DNA of 63,298 bases, filler included, from Conidiobolus incongruus B7586 (Eukaryota), in assembly GCA_000697335.1 (NCBI GenBank). It is 6 parts of 6 records of this genome, joined end to end, with 100 filler letters (N's around TTAATTAATTAA, not from the genome) between each part and the next. Parts side by side here need not be neighbours in the genome. Positions count along the whole stretch, not along the records: positions 1 to 23,206 come from JNEM01006446.1; positions 23,307 to 30,385 come from JNEM01006448.1; 4 more parts are not named here. One strand, given 5' to 3'. The notes beneath the pieces were generated by a model. The model was not told the DNA's origin and made no database searches. It saw only the letters and a list, made by a program, of their open reading frames with translations. This document shows, in pieces, positions 14,038 through 27,975 of this stretch. Every line of letters begins with the position of its first letter. Positions within the stretch are counted from its first letter, which is position 1. The position numbers and the translations under genes are program-made.

Positions 14038-17000
14038 AACTCAATCAGTCAGTATCATTAATATTTGATATGATACAACCCTACTCATCAAGAAAAAATT
14101 TCTAGATGATATCTGAAAGTTATACATTTCATTGGCTCTTAAAATTTATAGGAGAGATTACCAATAGATGTAATGGAAGTGTGTATATAATATCGAATTT
14201 AACCTACGTATTTAACTTGGATTCTTAAGGGGGGGGGATTTCAGATTTAAACAAAAAGCTATTTGAACTCTCCGAGTCTTTAGCTTCATATAAAAGAATC
14301 TAAATGAAAAAACATTTGATTTTCAGTTCTTTAGATAAGAACATTTAAATTACATATGATATTATAAGTAATAAAAATTTACTTTGTTATACAATTTATC
14401 ATTATTAACAACTTTTAAATTTTTAAAAATAGAATCTCTGAAAAAATAATTGTCACATGTTTTTACTGAATTATTAAATTATAGATATTGAGTTAAATAT
14501 CAATAATAATAATAATAATAGTTGTTAGTTTATTAATTTATAAATGTAAATTTTATACAAAAAGGATTATAATTAATTTGGTAAGCTTAAAATCAATAAT
14601 GATATTAGGCTAAACTGATTAAATGGTAAATAATAACAATTAATATATCAATATCAATACAAGAATTCAAGTCATGATTTTATTAAGAAAAAAAATATTA
14701 AAAATTAAGTTTTATAAAGAATAATAAGATTATTGTAATAATTTAAAATTTTATTATTAAAATAATAATTAATGTAATAAATTCTCGGGTATATTATAAA
14801 TTATTATTACCGATTCTTAAAATAGAATTATTATTTTACTGTATAATTAAATTTTATTTAGGAGCAGTTAAATGGATAAAAATTTAAAAATGTCAAATCA
14901 TTAAATTACTAATTTTGGTAAATCAAAGAAAATTTCTATATTGGAAGTTCTAAATAAAAAAAACATTATAGTTCGTAGCTATTTTAAGATATTTAAGATG
15001 CTTGAGTATTATATGTATTTATATGATAACTTGTATAATCAAATACATGATTCCATTTTGATTCTTGTATAACAATATTGTGAATTTATTATTTTTGCAA
15101 TTACATTAACTAATATAATAATTTTGAATTTGGAAATAATTTAATATTAACTTTATTATTATGTGAAAATGAAATTATAATTTAATTACTGTATAATATT
15201 TAATGAATCATGAATTTTAATTAAAGAAATTTTCAATCAAAATGATTTGTTTAACTAAATTGAAACTATTGTTTGATAACTAATGTAAATATGAACTAAT
15301 CATAATATCAAAATTTAAGTTTATTGATCATTGGTATATTCTTTCAGCTCATTATCAAGTTTCAATTCTTAAGTCGAAAATGTTTGCATAATTCTTGAAT
15401 CAAATCTTCAAATGGTACCACAAACTTTGCATTACTTAAAATTCGAGACTTTAGGTTCTTGTTTTGGATAGGGGAATATGATCACTTTAACAAACTATTA
15501 TCTTGAATATATTTATATACAAATTAATTAATAAGCTTATTGTTTTATTAAACCATATTTTCGCCAATAGTAGATGCAAATCCGTTGTACACAACTGCTG
15601 ATGATATAGATATTGTTTACTAGGAAACACCAAATCCTAATATGTAAATTAATATAAATAGTCATAATGATTCCGTAATGATGTAATTTAATAACTCTCC
15701 AGCCTTCTGGTGTTAATATTGAAAGCATTAATTTTAATAAATTAAACCAAGAAACAAAAACGGATTCTCAACTTTTTTCTAATTTAGACAATAAATTTGG
15801 TAATTGAAAATTACTTCGGCTCTTCCAAATATACGAAACATACCTAAAAATAAATTTTGAATTTATTATATTTGATATTGATTCATTAATTCCAGTCAAT
15901 AAAAGGCTTGAAACGCATTGTTTACTCTGTATTTTTGAGACTTGTTTGTAAACCAATTTTCAGTAATTATATATATAATATAATTGCATAATTTTTATAG
16001 GCTTAATTATTTTGTAAAAATTAACAGATTTGATTAGTTTGTCAATTTTAATTATAAATAATTTTAGAAGACTGTGTTTTAATTAAATTCATAATATAAT
16101 TGCCAAGAAATAAATTAATTTTCTATACAATTGATCATTTTTTATTTCTAATATGATTAAAGATTTTTTTCAACTTTTTTAATTTGCTATAAAATCAATA
16201 TTGTTTAATTGACCGTCAAAATCAATGTCCGTGAGAATAGATATGGAGAAAATATTTGGATTAAGCGATGTTAATATATGATATATAAACTATCGTTTTC
16301 CAATATTTGACAATTAATAATTCAAAATGTAAACCTAAACTGATTACTATCAGTCTTAGCAAAGTTTATGCCATTATTTTTATTGCATTTTTCAGCATTA
16401 AAAATTTTTATCATAAAACATTAATAATAATTTATTAGATATACCTATATAATTAATTTTTTTAAATTCATTATTTTGATTTCAGCCTTCAAACATAAAA
16501 ATTCCCATATTAACTAGATTTTTTAATTAGAAATATTATAGCGAACAATAAATTAACAAATATTTATTATAGATATTAGTATTAAATAAGAAAATAAAAT
16601 GAAATAAAATATCAATATATAAATTATATTAATGAAAAATCCTGGTATTGATAACTAATAATATTTTTTTTATAAATTAATATTTTATCAATTTAATTAT
16701 TTTTCAATTTATCATTTGATAAATTTTCAATAAAAATTTTGTTTGATAAACATTTTACTTTATTATTAAGGTATAATAATTAACCAATAAAATTAGAATA
16801 TTAAATTTATCCAATTGTTGCTTAAATAAACTAATGAGTTTAATTAAATTTTTATTTCATAAATCATCATCGTTCTAAATTTAGTAACTATGATCAAATT
16901 TTTGAGTCAGATTTTATTTTGATTTAATTTGATTTTAGTCAAATGTATATTATATAAAGTAATCAAAAGGCAAATAAATTAATTGTAACATAATTTAATA

Positions 17001-17162
17001 TTAAGATTAAATATATTATATATATAATTTATATTATTGTATTAAAATCCAGTAATAGAGTAAATTTTTATATTAAAAAAATGAACCTCCTATTTCAAAA
17101 TCAATATATTTTACAAAATAATTAAAAAGTTTTGAATAGTATAAATAAGATTTATAATTTAA

Positions 17163-17166
<4 letters not shown>

Positions 17167-17198
<32 letters not shown>
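17167..17198. repeat. (AT)n microsatellite
   Basis: Direct reading. Similar runs at ~8526-8545, ~55389-55428 and ~59728-59748. Confidence 0.9.
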
Positions 17199-17201
<3 letters not shown>

Positions 17202-18083
17202 TAAACTTTTGTTAAAATTCTATTCAATATAAATTAAACTGATAATTGAATAAATTTTCCAAATAAAGTTGAATAGTGGGCTTTTATAACTTTTGTCGAG
17301 TGATCAATTACAAAAATAAGTACTTGGGTACTAACGTTTATTTTTTTATTTTTTTATTTTTTTTTTTTCATTTTTATATATTACACTTTTAATAATGTTA
17401 TTACTAATCATATTGGACAATATTAACCATATTTTTTACCCGAAAATTTGCTTAATTTTGACCCATTACATCATTCGAATTTCGGATAAAGTGTTCAAGT
17501 TTGACCACCGGGATCCATTATATATAAATTTTGGGTAAAGGTAAATACTTGAATTGGTTTAATTTCAATTTGATATATTGGGTGTTTTAATCTACTTCAG
17601 TCAATATAAAATAAACATATCTAGAATTATTAATATTAGCATTAATATCCAGTAGTATTTCGATTTATTGAAGGGAATACTTAAACATCATAATTGCTTT
17701 CTCACTATAAAATTTTTATCAATATAAATCGATGATATTTATATTATTAATAATAATTTTACTCATGCTGGCACATTATGTTATATGATGGATACACAAA
17801 TGTAATATATTATCCAATATTATCTAATATATATTTTAAACAGTTTAACCATATTACAAAACCTTCTAATAGTGGGGTATTGTTGTATTTTATCACAATT
17901 TATTTTGCATTTAATTTAAAAATTATTAGTTGAATTTTTGTGTAAGTATTCAATTTAAATTTTTTAGTTAGGTATAATAATTGTATTAGTCATCAAAATA
18001 ACTTAATTTAATGTGATTGAATAATCATTTAATCCGACACAAATAGTCATTTATATAATTGATATTATCTATACATTATAATG

Positions 18084-18116
<33 letters not shown>

Positions 18117-21100
18117 AAATATCATAATAATAGTGAAAATTTTAATAAAATGATAAAAAAGGGGATATTGAAATAAAATATGGGTAATAATAAAATTGAT
18201 ATATAAATGGAATAATAGTCGGATTCGATATTATTAATAAATTCTGGGCAAATTAATAATAAAAGAAATTCTAGTGGAAATAGTAGGAATATAATTATCA
18301 TTAATTTACAGCCGAATCTTAAAGAGAATTAACGAACAAATCCAATAATATCACAATATTGGATGAATTATAGAAGACTTTATTAAATCATCACTTGGCA
18401 ATACTTTTTACCAATTTTCATCAAATATTTAGATATAAATATTAATCAAAATGATACTAAAGTTGGATAATACTTCAATCAATATCATAAAATTGATAGA
18501 CTGATTACTCATAGTTAATGTATATAAAATCACTATATTTTTGAAATAATTGTTTTATAGTAAGTTAGAATTGTTTAGTATTAAATAGGGAAATATATTC
18601 GCTTCAATCAGGTATTGTTTTCTTAAGTTTCTTTAAATTCAAAAATTCAAGTAAAATGATAAAATAATTGACTCATTGAATTGATGATCGGTTAAAATTC
18701 CTAATTGGCTAAAGAGAATAAAGTCCCTGAATCCTCTTACTTAATTTGACCATACAACTTCAAATCAAATACCTATAGATTTAAAAGAAACTGTCATAGG
18801 ATAATGATTAATTTAATATTTATTTGATAATTGATGTAATTTAATTTTGAATTTTATTATAAATATAGCAATTAAAACTTCTATTTTTATCCAATATTAA
18901 TATAATAAATATTATTGTATCAAATTGTTAATATGGCAATTAATACATATGGTTTCAATAATAGGAGTTAAACAGTAAAACATCATTAGAACGATAAATT
19001 TAAATTTTAAAGTGAATAATTTTTACTCATATTATTGCAGAGTATATATAATTGCTAATTTAATTTATAAACATATATATACATATATATACTAACCATT
19101 GTAATAATCTATTAATAAAATAGAAATATCTTGACTTCTATTTCAAAATATTATTATAATATTATATTTTTACCCACATAAATATTTTTAAAAAATTTTT
19201 TATAGAATTTTTTAATTACTACCGAAAATCAAAAAAGGAAATCAACGATATTATGGCTTAATTAGAAAACAATAATAGAATATTGAGTTTAAAGAATTTT
19301 ACGGACATATACCTGGATTGGGCGAATTAGGAAATTTGAATGAAAATAGTCACAAATAAACTAATGAATATTTTTATTAATTCAAATGTTTAACCTTTCC
19401 AAACAAATATATGTTCTGAGAATTGACCTAGAACTTCAATTATCAATTATTCAATTTATTAAGGGTAATTTTGAGCGTTATTATATTTTTTAAAATTTCT
19501 CAGTTATACTAATTTATATATAATATTATCCATTTCTTCTTTCAAGGATTGCCTTTATTATTTTAAATCTCTTGAGATTGAACAAGTTTATTTTTTTTTT
19601 CCACTTAATTTTTAGAAAAATGATTGAAACTTGTAATTTTATTATCTACTCCAACCCCCTCCTTTAGAACTCAATTCTATTGGCTGATTATTATCCTAAT
19701 TTCTACTTAGAGTTTCCTTCCCCGTTAGATTCATATTCCAGACTTAATTTTCCACTATAATCAATTTTTTATTAACAATTTTGACATCTGATCTATTAAA
19801 AATTTAATGCAAAATGGGTCGACTCATACATTATTAATCCAATTGGTATGCAAAGTTTTATAATCTATTTAAATTCTTTTTAACTTTTTTCTCATTGAGA
19901 GAATTATTAGCCAATTATATACCATCTCATTTATTTTAATAATTTTAATTTTTAAAATGATTTCATAAATAAATCCCAAGTTTACCCTTATTATAATATT
20001 TTTTATTTTTTTTTCAGTATCCAATCTATTTAATTTAAAATTATTTAAAATACATTAATATTTCATCATATATATTATTATTATTATATCAACAAAAATT
20101 TTTTACACCATTTTTTTTAATGTTATAAAAATAATACTTATTAATTTTATCCATCAATATTTAATTTAATATACTTTAAACATTAAAGTTATGGATAATC
20201 TATTGTCATTTTTTGGAATCTAGACAACGGAATCTTTATCATATTTTGATTTATCCAATTTAATATATTTAAATATGAGATATGTGTGTCTTGAAACCTG
20301 ATTATAATTTAATTAATTAGGCTAAACTTTATATTTATAATTTATTAGTATAATATGATAATTATTGAATCATCATATATTACGATTTAACAATCTGATT
20401 AATATGAATAGTAAATAAATATTTTGTAAAGTAAAAAATAAAATATAAAATATAAATAAATCACTCGATAAATCTTATGACATAAAAAATTTTTTTTCAT
20501 TTTGAAATAATTTTATCTTTATTAAAAAATTTTAATACAAAATTTTATTATTTAGTTTTTAATTACATATCAATATTAATCTTAAATTTATATATATATA
20601 TCAATTTTAATTTTGTTAAAGTATTATCGTTTTTTTGCAAAATTAATTATGAATATAGTTTTTATTGATTTAATGAGAGTAAGTGAGGTAAAATTGAGGA
20701 TTAGTCATGTTTATATGTAATAAAGGTTTAAGTTTATGAGATAACTATGAGAGATTGTTTGGGTTATGATGTTTTTAAATTGAGGTTATTAGATTAAATC
20801 AGTTTAAATTATAATACATCTTGTGTTAATATTAGTGATGATATCATTATACTCAACTAATGCGAAGCATAAATGTACCAAGTTATTAGAATTTAAATTG
20901 AATATTTCATTCTAGATAGTAAATTTTGTCCAATATGCAGAAACACCAGTAATTTGTGAAGGGTCCAGCTTTGAATTGATTACTCATTATATGGTAAAAT
21001 ATGCTTGTAATTATCTATATATTCAGATAAGTTAATTGACTAATAATTGTGAAAGACACACAATTAAACATGTATATATTAGTAGATTTAACAATTAACT

Positions 21101-23206
21101 TTGCAAATTGAAATGATCAGCAAAAAACCGCAACTATAGTTTATAAACTTGGCAATGTGAGATATACAATGATTTGGATTTTGTGTTGGATTACTTATCT
21201 TAATTTGAATAATATTCTATTCTGTCCACAGTATAATGGTTGCATGAATTATCTAGACTGGTATGCATTCTATAGATATTATTTTTTTTGATTAGATAAG
21301 AACCAGACTAAAGATAGATAAATATGATTAGATTTGAGACTTGTCAAATAATACAAAAGGTAAATTTCAATATATACTTTATAAAATTCAATATTATAAA
21401 TAATGCCATTGGCATATTGTGAAAAGATTGGTAGTGTTTATAACAATCATCATCTGAGCTAACATCAATTTTCAAGCAAATAATTTTTGGTTAAATGTAT
21501 CGACTTAACATTCATGATATTTTAATCATTATATCATGTAGGCTCCAATACTAAGAAAAATAAGAACCAATTTAATTAAATTTTTTATTATAATATTAAT
21601 TCCGTTTAGAAGCATATTTAATACTTTTAAATCCTCCTTGAGAAATTAGTTAGCGTGTTTTTTGACACATTAAACCTTTTAATTGACTTGCTTTGGTAGA
21701 TATTAGAAAACGATAAGGTATTATTCAGTTGACTGTTATAATACTAATATTTAAAAGGTAATGAAATGATATTTAAATTAGTGCTGATGTTTAGTATTTA
21801 TTTAAAGCATTCCATCTTTTATAAGGTAGAAATCAAATTTACAAGTTGATCTCTTAACAAATTGATTGACATTATATTCTTATTACTTTACAAAATACTT
21901 ATTTCATTTTAGTATATGTTTCAAAATAAAGTTAATCATACTATTAGTAATATGATGCATTTATAAACAATAAACTTATTATATAATTATATAATATTTG
22001 CTAATTACAATGAATTAATTTCTTTTATATATTCTCCTATCACCGTCTTTTGATATTAGGAATTAAATAATTTTAGATAATTTAATTTATTTTAAAAATA
22101 TATTAATTTTACTAAGTATAATTGTATTAACATGGTAGCTAAAAACATTAAAATATTCAATAAATTAACTAAAATTATCTAAAATTTATCAAATATTCTC
22201 ATTTAATTAGTTTTACAAACTAACTCAATATATTAATAAAATTATTCTGATAATCTTTTAATTAAAAATACCATTTTGTTCCACATTACAGAATTGGTTG
22301 ATCTATTGGTCTTGGCCATTAATTTTAGAATATATTACTAAAGCTAATGCATATTAATATTAAGCAATTTAAATATAGCATATCAATTCCGAATATTCAT
22401 CACACGCATATTTGTTTATTATAACTTATTATTAATATTTAATTACATATAAGGCAAAAGATCAAATTGTAAATTTTAAATCTGTGTTATCATGTTCATG
22501 TTCATTAAAAACAAATTAGAAATTTCATAATTAGAAGAACTTTCAAAATATATTTTAAAATGAATTATAATCTAAAAGTTGATATTTTGATCTAAATTTA
22601 AAAATTACTCAAAGTTCTCGCTATTTTTATCTCTGAGCTAAATTTAGTATTTCATAGTCAATAAATTAAACATATGAAAATTATATTCTGAATAATTAGA
22701 GCTGATAAGAATATAAAATATATAAAGGCGTTTTTATAATAGGTTCTGTTTTACATTAAGTTAATATATTAATTTGGAATTATTTTAGAGTATATTTAAG
22801 TACCAATAAAATATAAAATAAATAATAATAATAATAATAATAATAATGTATCAGTTTATTCTATATAATGAATAATTGATTTAAAATATTTTTTTAATTA
22901 AGAAATAATATCAAATCTTAAATTTTTTAGAAATTAGGTAAAATTAAATTCAAAATTTATATATTTATTATTAAATATAACTTATACTTTTTTATAAATA
23001 ATCAAAATAAAGATATACTATTCAGAATGTTTTTATAATATATAATAATAAAAATATTTTAATTTTTTAATTTATAATTATTATTAAAATACTGAAACTT
23101 AAGATCAATAATTTATATTAATATTTGAAATTAATGATAAATTTTACTATCTAATTTAAATAATAAATTTTAAGTGGATAGAATAAAAAAATTATTTAAA
23201 AAAATA

Positions 23207-23306
23207 NNNNNNNNNNNNNNNNNNNNNNNNNNNNNNNNNNNNNNNNNNNNTTAATTAATTAANNNNNNNNNNNNNNNNNNNNNNNNNNNNNNNNNNNNNN
23301 NNNNNN
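23207..23306. other. Artificial contig spacer (N44-TTAATTAATTAA-N44)
   Basis: Identical 100-bp spacer with stops in all six frames. Also at 30386-30485, 36630-36729, 46024-46123 and 59976-60075. Confidence 0.97.
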
Positions 23307-24318
23307 AATTATTATAATCTAACATCAAATATGGTAATAATTAAAATTAAATAAATCAAAATAATTTGATTAGTCATCAATGCTATTGTATGTATTAGTT
23401 TTGATAATTAATTACTGAGCTAATTGAAATATAAATATATGCATTTTGGAAGTATCTAAATGGAAGAGGTGAAGAATGTTTAATAGTAATAGCTTCAAAG
23501 CTATTGAATATATATCCAGCTATATCACAATTTTAAAATTGATATAATGTTAGCATAGCGATATTTCAGATTTAATTGATATGCTTAGCATTAGCCGATA
23601 GTGAATAATACTTGAAAATTATAAGAACATAGTGAACTATAGCAACTGAAACATGGAATTTAGTAATATGTATAATTTATTTATCAATGTTAATGTATTT
23701 ATTAATTATATTATTAAAAGTATATTAAACACAATATTCCATAGTTTGATATAGAATCATATTATATTATGCATACTGAGGTTTGAGACAAGATTGAAGT
23801 TCTAGTAATGTCAGAATATTAATATAAACTGAGTGTGTGATAAAATTCTAAGTTCTAAAATGCATTTTAATATCACCTATTATGATAATGATATATGCTA
23901 GCATTTTGAATAGCTCTTATATCAATTATTATTATTATTATTATTATTACTATTGTTAGTTATATTAAATAGCTTGAATTCAATTTTCAATTGTTTTAGT
24001 TTTATTTTCGATTGATTGATTGATGAACAATGGCAATTGTTCTGTATTTTTCCATATTGTTGAATTACCCGATGATTTGATTGATATTAAGGAGGTATAA
24101 TATCATTGGTCATCATCACTTTAGAAGTTGCCTTATAAATATTGGCAATTAGGTTTAGACCTACAAGCATACTTTCACACTTCAATTATCTGATTTATCA
24201 AGCTCTCCAGCATATCTACCTTTTCTATAGCCACTTAATTCAAAATGGGTAACGGTTATTCTACAAATTTCATCCCAGCCTCTGAACAACAATATGTACT
24301 TCTCGAACAATTGATCCA
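23307..24318 (+). repeat. Left arm of ~1.01-kb inverted repeat (partner 29371-30385)
   Basis: Starts AATTATTATAATCTAACATCAAATA, the reverse complement of 30361-30385. Identity was followed by eye to ...AATTGATCCA (24318). The only difference seen is (ATT)8 here versus 9 units in the right arm. Confidence 0.95.
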
Positions 24319-24490
24319 GCAAGCCAAAGAAAAGTCACCAAATTATTTGAATTTCGTTATTCTTAATTGTGCTCAAATCTATCCTGAAATTACTGAGAAT
24401 TTGAATGAACCAACCCATGATATTCTTAATCAAAACTCCCAGTATGAGCTTCTCTCAAGTAAATGTTTTAACCTGGTCTCAGCTTTCTAA
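24245..24490 (+). CDS. Small hypothetical protein A (81 aa) with N-myristoylation-like MGxxxS start; paralog of 29202-29444
   Basis: TATAAAT at 24134-24140 and CAAAATG start context. The first 30 aa are identical to the paralog. Synonymous-only differences at codons 25-30 (CAG CAA GCC AAA GAA AAG vs CAA CAG GCC AAG GAG AAG) indicate coding constraint. Confidence 0.8.
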   Translation: MGNGYSTNFIPASEQQYVLLEQLIQQAKEKSPNYLNFVILNCAQIYPEITENLNEPTHDILNQNSQYELLSSKCFNLVSAF

Positions 24491-26263
24491 AATCATAAAA
24501 TGAATTTTAATAATTACAAATTTGTGAATTAAATAAATCAATAGCCAAATTAATATATTTATATTATTTTTTTCGAAAAATAGTATAATATATTTCATTT
24601 CATATAATAGACTTCTAATCTTAAATATATATTTATTGATACTTGATAAAAAAAGCTATAATTTGAATATTTATTAAATATATTGAAAGTGTAGAAACAA
24701 AATTTTTCTAGAATTATTTAAAATTAGGAATCATTCAGTGTTATTGTTAAATATATTTCACAATAATTAAATAGCAAATTTATTATTAAGCTTTTGACAA
24801 ATCTTATAATTTTTAATATATTGAAATTTTTGTTCATCAAATATTCAAAATTTATATCAAATTTTACAAGAAATAATTTTATACACTATTTTACTGAATA
24901 TTATTTGTTGATATTTAGAAATTGAATATATATTATTTTAATGCTTATTGTCATAACATTATTGAAAGATATATTTAATACAATTAAATAATATAATTTG
25001 ATGAATATAATTACTAGAACATATTTGTATTTTTTTTTCATTTAAAAAGATTATATTGATTGAAAATTTGATTGTTATTAATCTCTCATTTTGGAGAAAA
25101 ATAATATTTGAAAAATTTATTAATATGGAAAGTATACCAAGTTTATAGAGTTATTATTCTACACTGTAATTTGTAATTATATGGATTTGAAAGTTAAAAA
25201 GTAACTTAATTCTTATCAGTAACAATTTTTAATTAAGTTATATTATAAAGATAAATTTTATTTTCAAATAAGATTTGATATAATATTATTAACCCTATAC
25301 AAAATAAATAATATTCATTCAGTTTATATATCCTATTGGAAATAACTGATTTATAATATTATATCCTTAATTATTAAATTCAATGATATTATCTATGAAA
25401 AATGGTTAATTCACTTGTGTTTTATAATTTTGAATAAAATTATAACAAAATTTAAATTTTTATGACTATATTTTTTAACAATTGGAAAAAAATTAATTAT
25501 TATAATGAGATTTACTTAATATTAGGCTATATTTAATTTTATGAGATTGATTGAATATATTAAATTTTAAATTATGCTCCAAGGTGAGCTACACATTAAA
25601 TTATCCTTCTTTATCAATTAATCTGTTTTATATTTATATTTAATAGATATTCTGAGAATTACTCATTTAATTTCTGTTCAGCCTAAACTCCATAATAAAT
25701 ATACCTAAAATCATTTACATTGGGTTCTTGCTAGTCGTTCAATCAAACGAATAAATGATTAGGATATAGATATCAATATTACAATTAATATCAGATAGTT
25801 AATGCATACATTTTATATTCTAGTTTAGATTTTGTAAACATTGTTAATATTGTTAATGTTGAATATAATTATGATATTAATATTTAATGAAATTTAATGA
25901 AATGTGGGTTTTAAATTCATTGTTTGTATTTTCGTATTGTTTATATATCATCAATAGATAATTATTATGATCATTGCTAATATTAAATTAAATAATATTC
26001 ATTTGACATAATTTTGCCAATTTGATTAATAATTTCAATTATTGCTATAAAGATCTTTGTTCGATTGTAATTTCAATTGTTAATTGTAATTAATGTTTGA
26101 TTGTTTTGTAAGGAGGTTTACCAATTAAAAATTAATATCCTCTAGAAATTTTATTATAAATATGAGCTTTATAATTCAAATCTTTAATCATAGTTTCTGA
26201 AATTAATTTCGTGTAATTCCTCTCTCCAACATCCTTATAATTTCTTTAGTTTCTTATTTTGAA

Positions 26264-26845
26264 ATGGGTAATACTGGTGCTAAACCTTCAGGGAATTCCG
26301 ATATAACATCTATGATGGAGTTCTGCTATTATACTGAATTTAAGGATAAATGTGACTTACTCAGCGCAGAGCAAAAAATCGTGATATATAATGCATATAA
26401 CCCACATACACCATTCGCATATTCTAATAGTATTACTATTGATGAAGGTAAAAGTAATCTTTGTTTGCTCAATACCTATCGTAAGGCAAACGGGAAGCCA
26501 CCTTTGTATTGGAGTAATAAGATCGCTCAAGCTGCCCAAGGCCATGCTGAGAATATGAAGAATGCAAATGAACTCACCCACCAGCTTCAGGATGAACAAC
26601 CTCTTCATGAACGTATCTCAAGTCAAGGTGGTCAATGGACCACTGTAGCTGAAAATGTTTCTAGTGGTTCACATTCATACATTGAAGCAGAAGCTTCATG
26701 GAAAGATTCTTTATCCAACCGCAATAACCTGCTTGGTAACTACACCCACTTCGGCTACGGCCAAGCTAGTAACCTTAGATCGAATTTTTATGTCCAAAAT
26801 TTTGCCTGGTCAGATACTGAACCCAAGATTGAAACTAATTGTTGA
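26264..26845 (+). CDS. CAP/SCP (PR-1 superfamily) domain protein, bacterial YkwD-like subtype, no signal peptide
   Basis: CAP motifs: LLNTYRKANGKPPLYWSNKIAQAAQGHAENM...LTH...RISSQGGQWTTVAENVSSG...WKDSLSNRNNLLGNYTHFGYG...FYVQNFA. Confidence 0.9.
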   Translation: MGNTGAKPSGNSDITSMMEFCYYTEFKDKCDLLSAEQKIVIYNAYNPHTPFAYSNSITIDEGKSNLCLLNTYRKANGKPPLYWSNKIAQAAQGHAENMKNANELTHQLQDEQPLHERISSQGGQWTTVAENVSSGSHSYIEAEASWKDSLSNRNNLLGNYTHFGYGQASNLRSNFYVQNFAWSDTEPKIETNC

Positions 26846-27678
26846 TTTCATTTTATCTATTAATAATATTAACATCACTGACACTATTATACTTAAATAA
26901 ATAATAATTGTATGTTTTAATGGAATATGATATGGTTATTGCAAATATGAGAACTTTACTAAATTGAACAAATCATTAAATAATTCAAAAAAATCCTTCC
27001 AAAACAAGTGGTAAGATTTGATTTTGTTATAATATTATGATAGAATTTTACCATATATAAAAATGGGAATTATTTGAACAGAATAATGAATCTGAATTCA
27101 TAAACGAATCAAACTATGCTAGTGAAATAACATTTCGTAAATCATTTATAGTGAAGATATATCCATCTAAATCGAAATAAATTTATTCGACAATTCACAA
27201 TAATTATTATTGTTTGTAATGATTAATGCATCGTGATTAATGGTTTATATAGAACTTTGATCGATAATATTTTAAATATATTATATATATATAGTATAAA
27301 TCAATATATCATTTATCAATATTAAATTAAATACAATAATTCAGTATTTTGATATATATTATTGGGTAGCAAGAGGATTTTAATTTTGACACATTAAAAG
27401 TAATCTTTTTATATTATTTATATTTGCAAAAATGGTGATATTATGATGAAAAAGCATATAAAAGTGTCAAGATAACTTTCTGCTCCAGTCTTAAGAACTT
27501 GAATTTTTATATTGAGCAGAGAAATCAATGAGGCAAGCTAGCCAAGCATGAGATTAATAAGGACTCCACCTTCTATAAATAAGCTAAATGAGCCACCCAT
27601 TCTAAGTTTATTGGAATAAAAATAGTTCTCAATTAACTCATAATAAACATTCTATTCCACTCTATTCTCAACAATAAA

Positions 27679-27975
27679 ATGCCTTCTTACTTCCTACTCC
27701 TAATTCATAAAAGTCTCTGTGAAGCCTAGCTCATGAGATAATTACTTCCATCACAATTATTAATTCAGATCCAAGCTTATCCACAATCTTTAAAATATCC
27801 CATTCATGTGATCTCATAGCTAATCACTCTGATTAAATCCTTTATTTTCCCATTCATACTGAAAATCATTTCTCTCTTTAAAAACAGCCTTAAAATAATA
27901 AAACTCCCTTGCAGTTAATGAAAAAAGGGTATATATAATTAGAAACTTATATAGCCATAACTCTATTGCTGATAA
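27679..27975 (+). pseudogene. Possible degraded small gene inside the IR-bounded contig
   Basis: GC-elevated island with TATAAAT at 27574 and AAAATG start. After a frameshift it reads ...ANHSD*ILYFPIHTENHFSL*KQP*NNKTPLQLMKKGYI*LETY, weakly resembling TENHF...KPLECLSKNTLSL of paralog B. Several TAA stops could derive from CAA. Confidence 0.3.

Noticed and set aside
23251..23262. Recurrent palindrome TTAATTAATTAA (5 copies)
   Set aside because: Always centred in N44 blocks; it is an artificial six-frame-stop linker, not biology.
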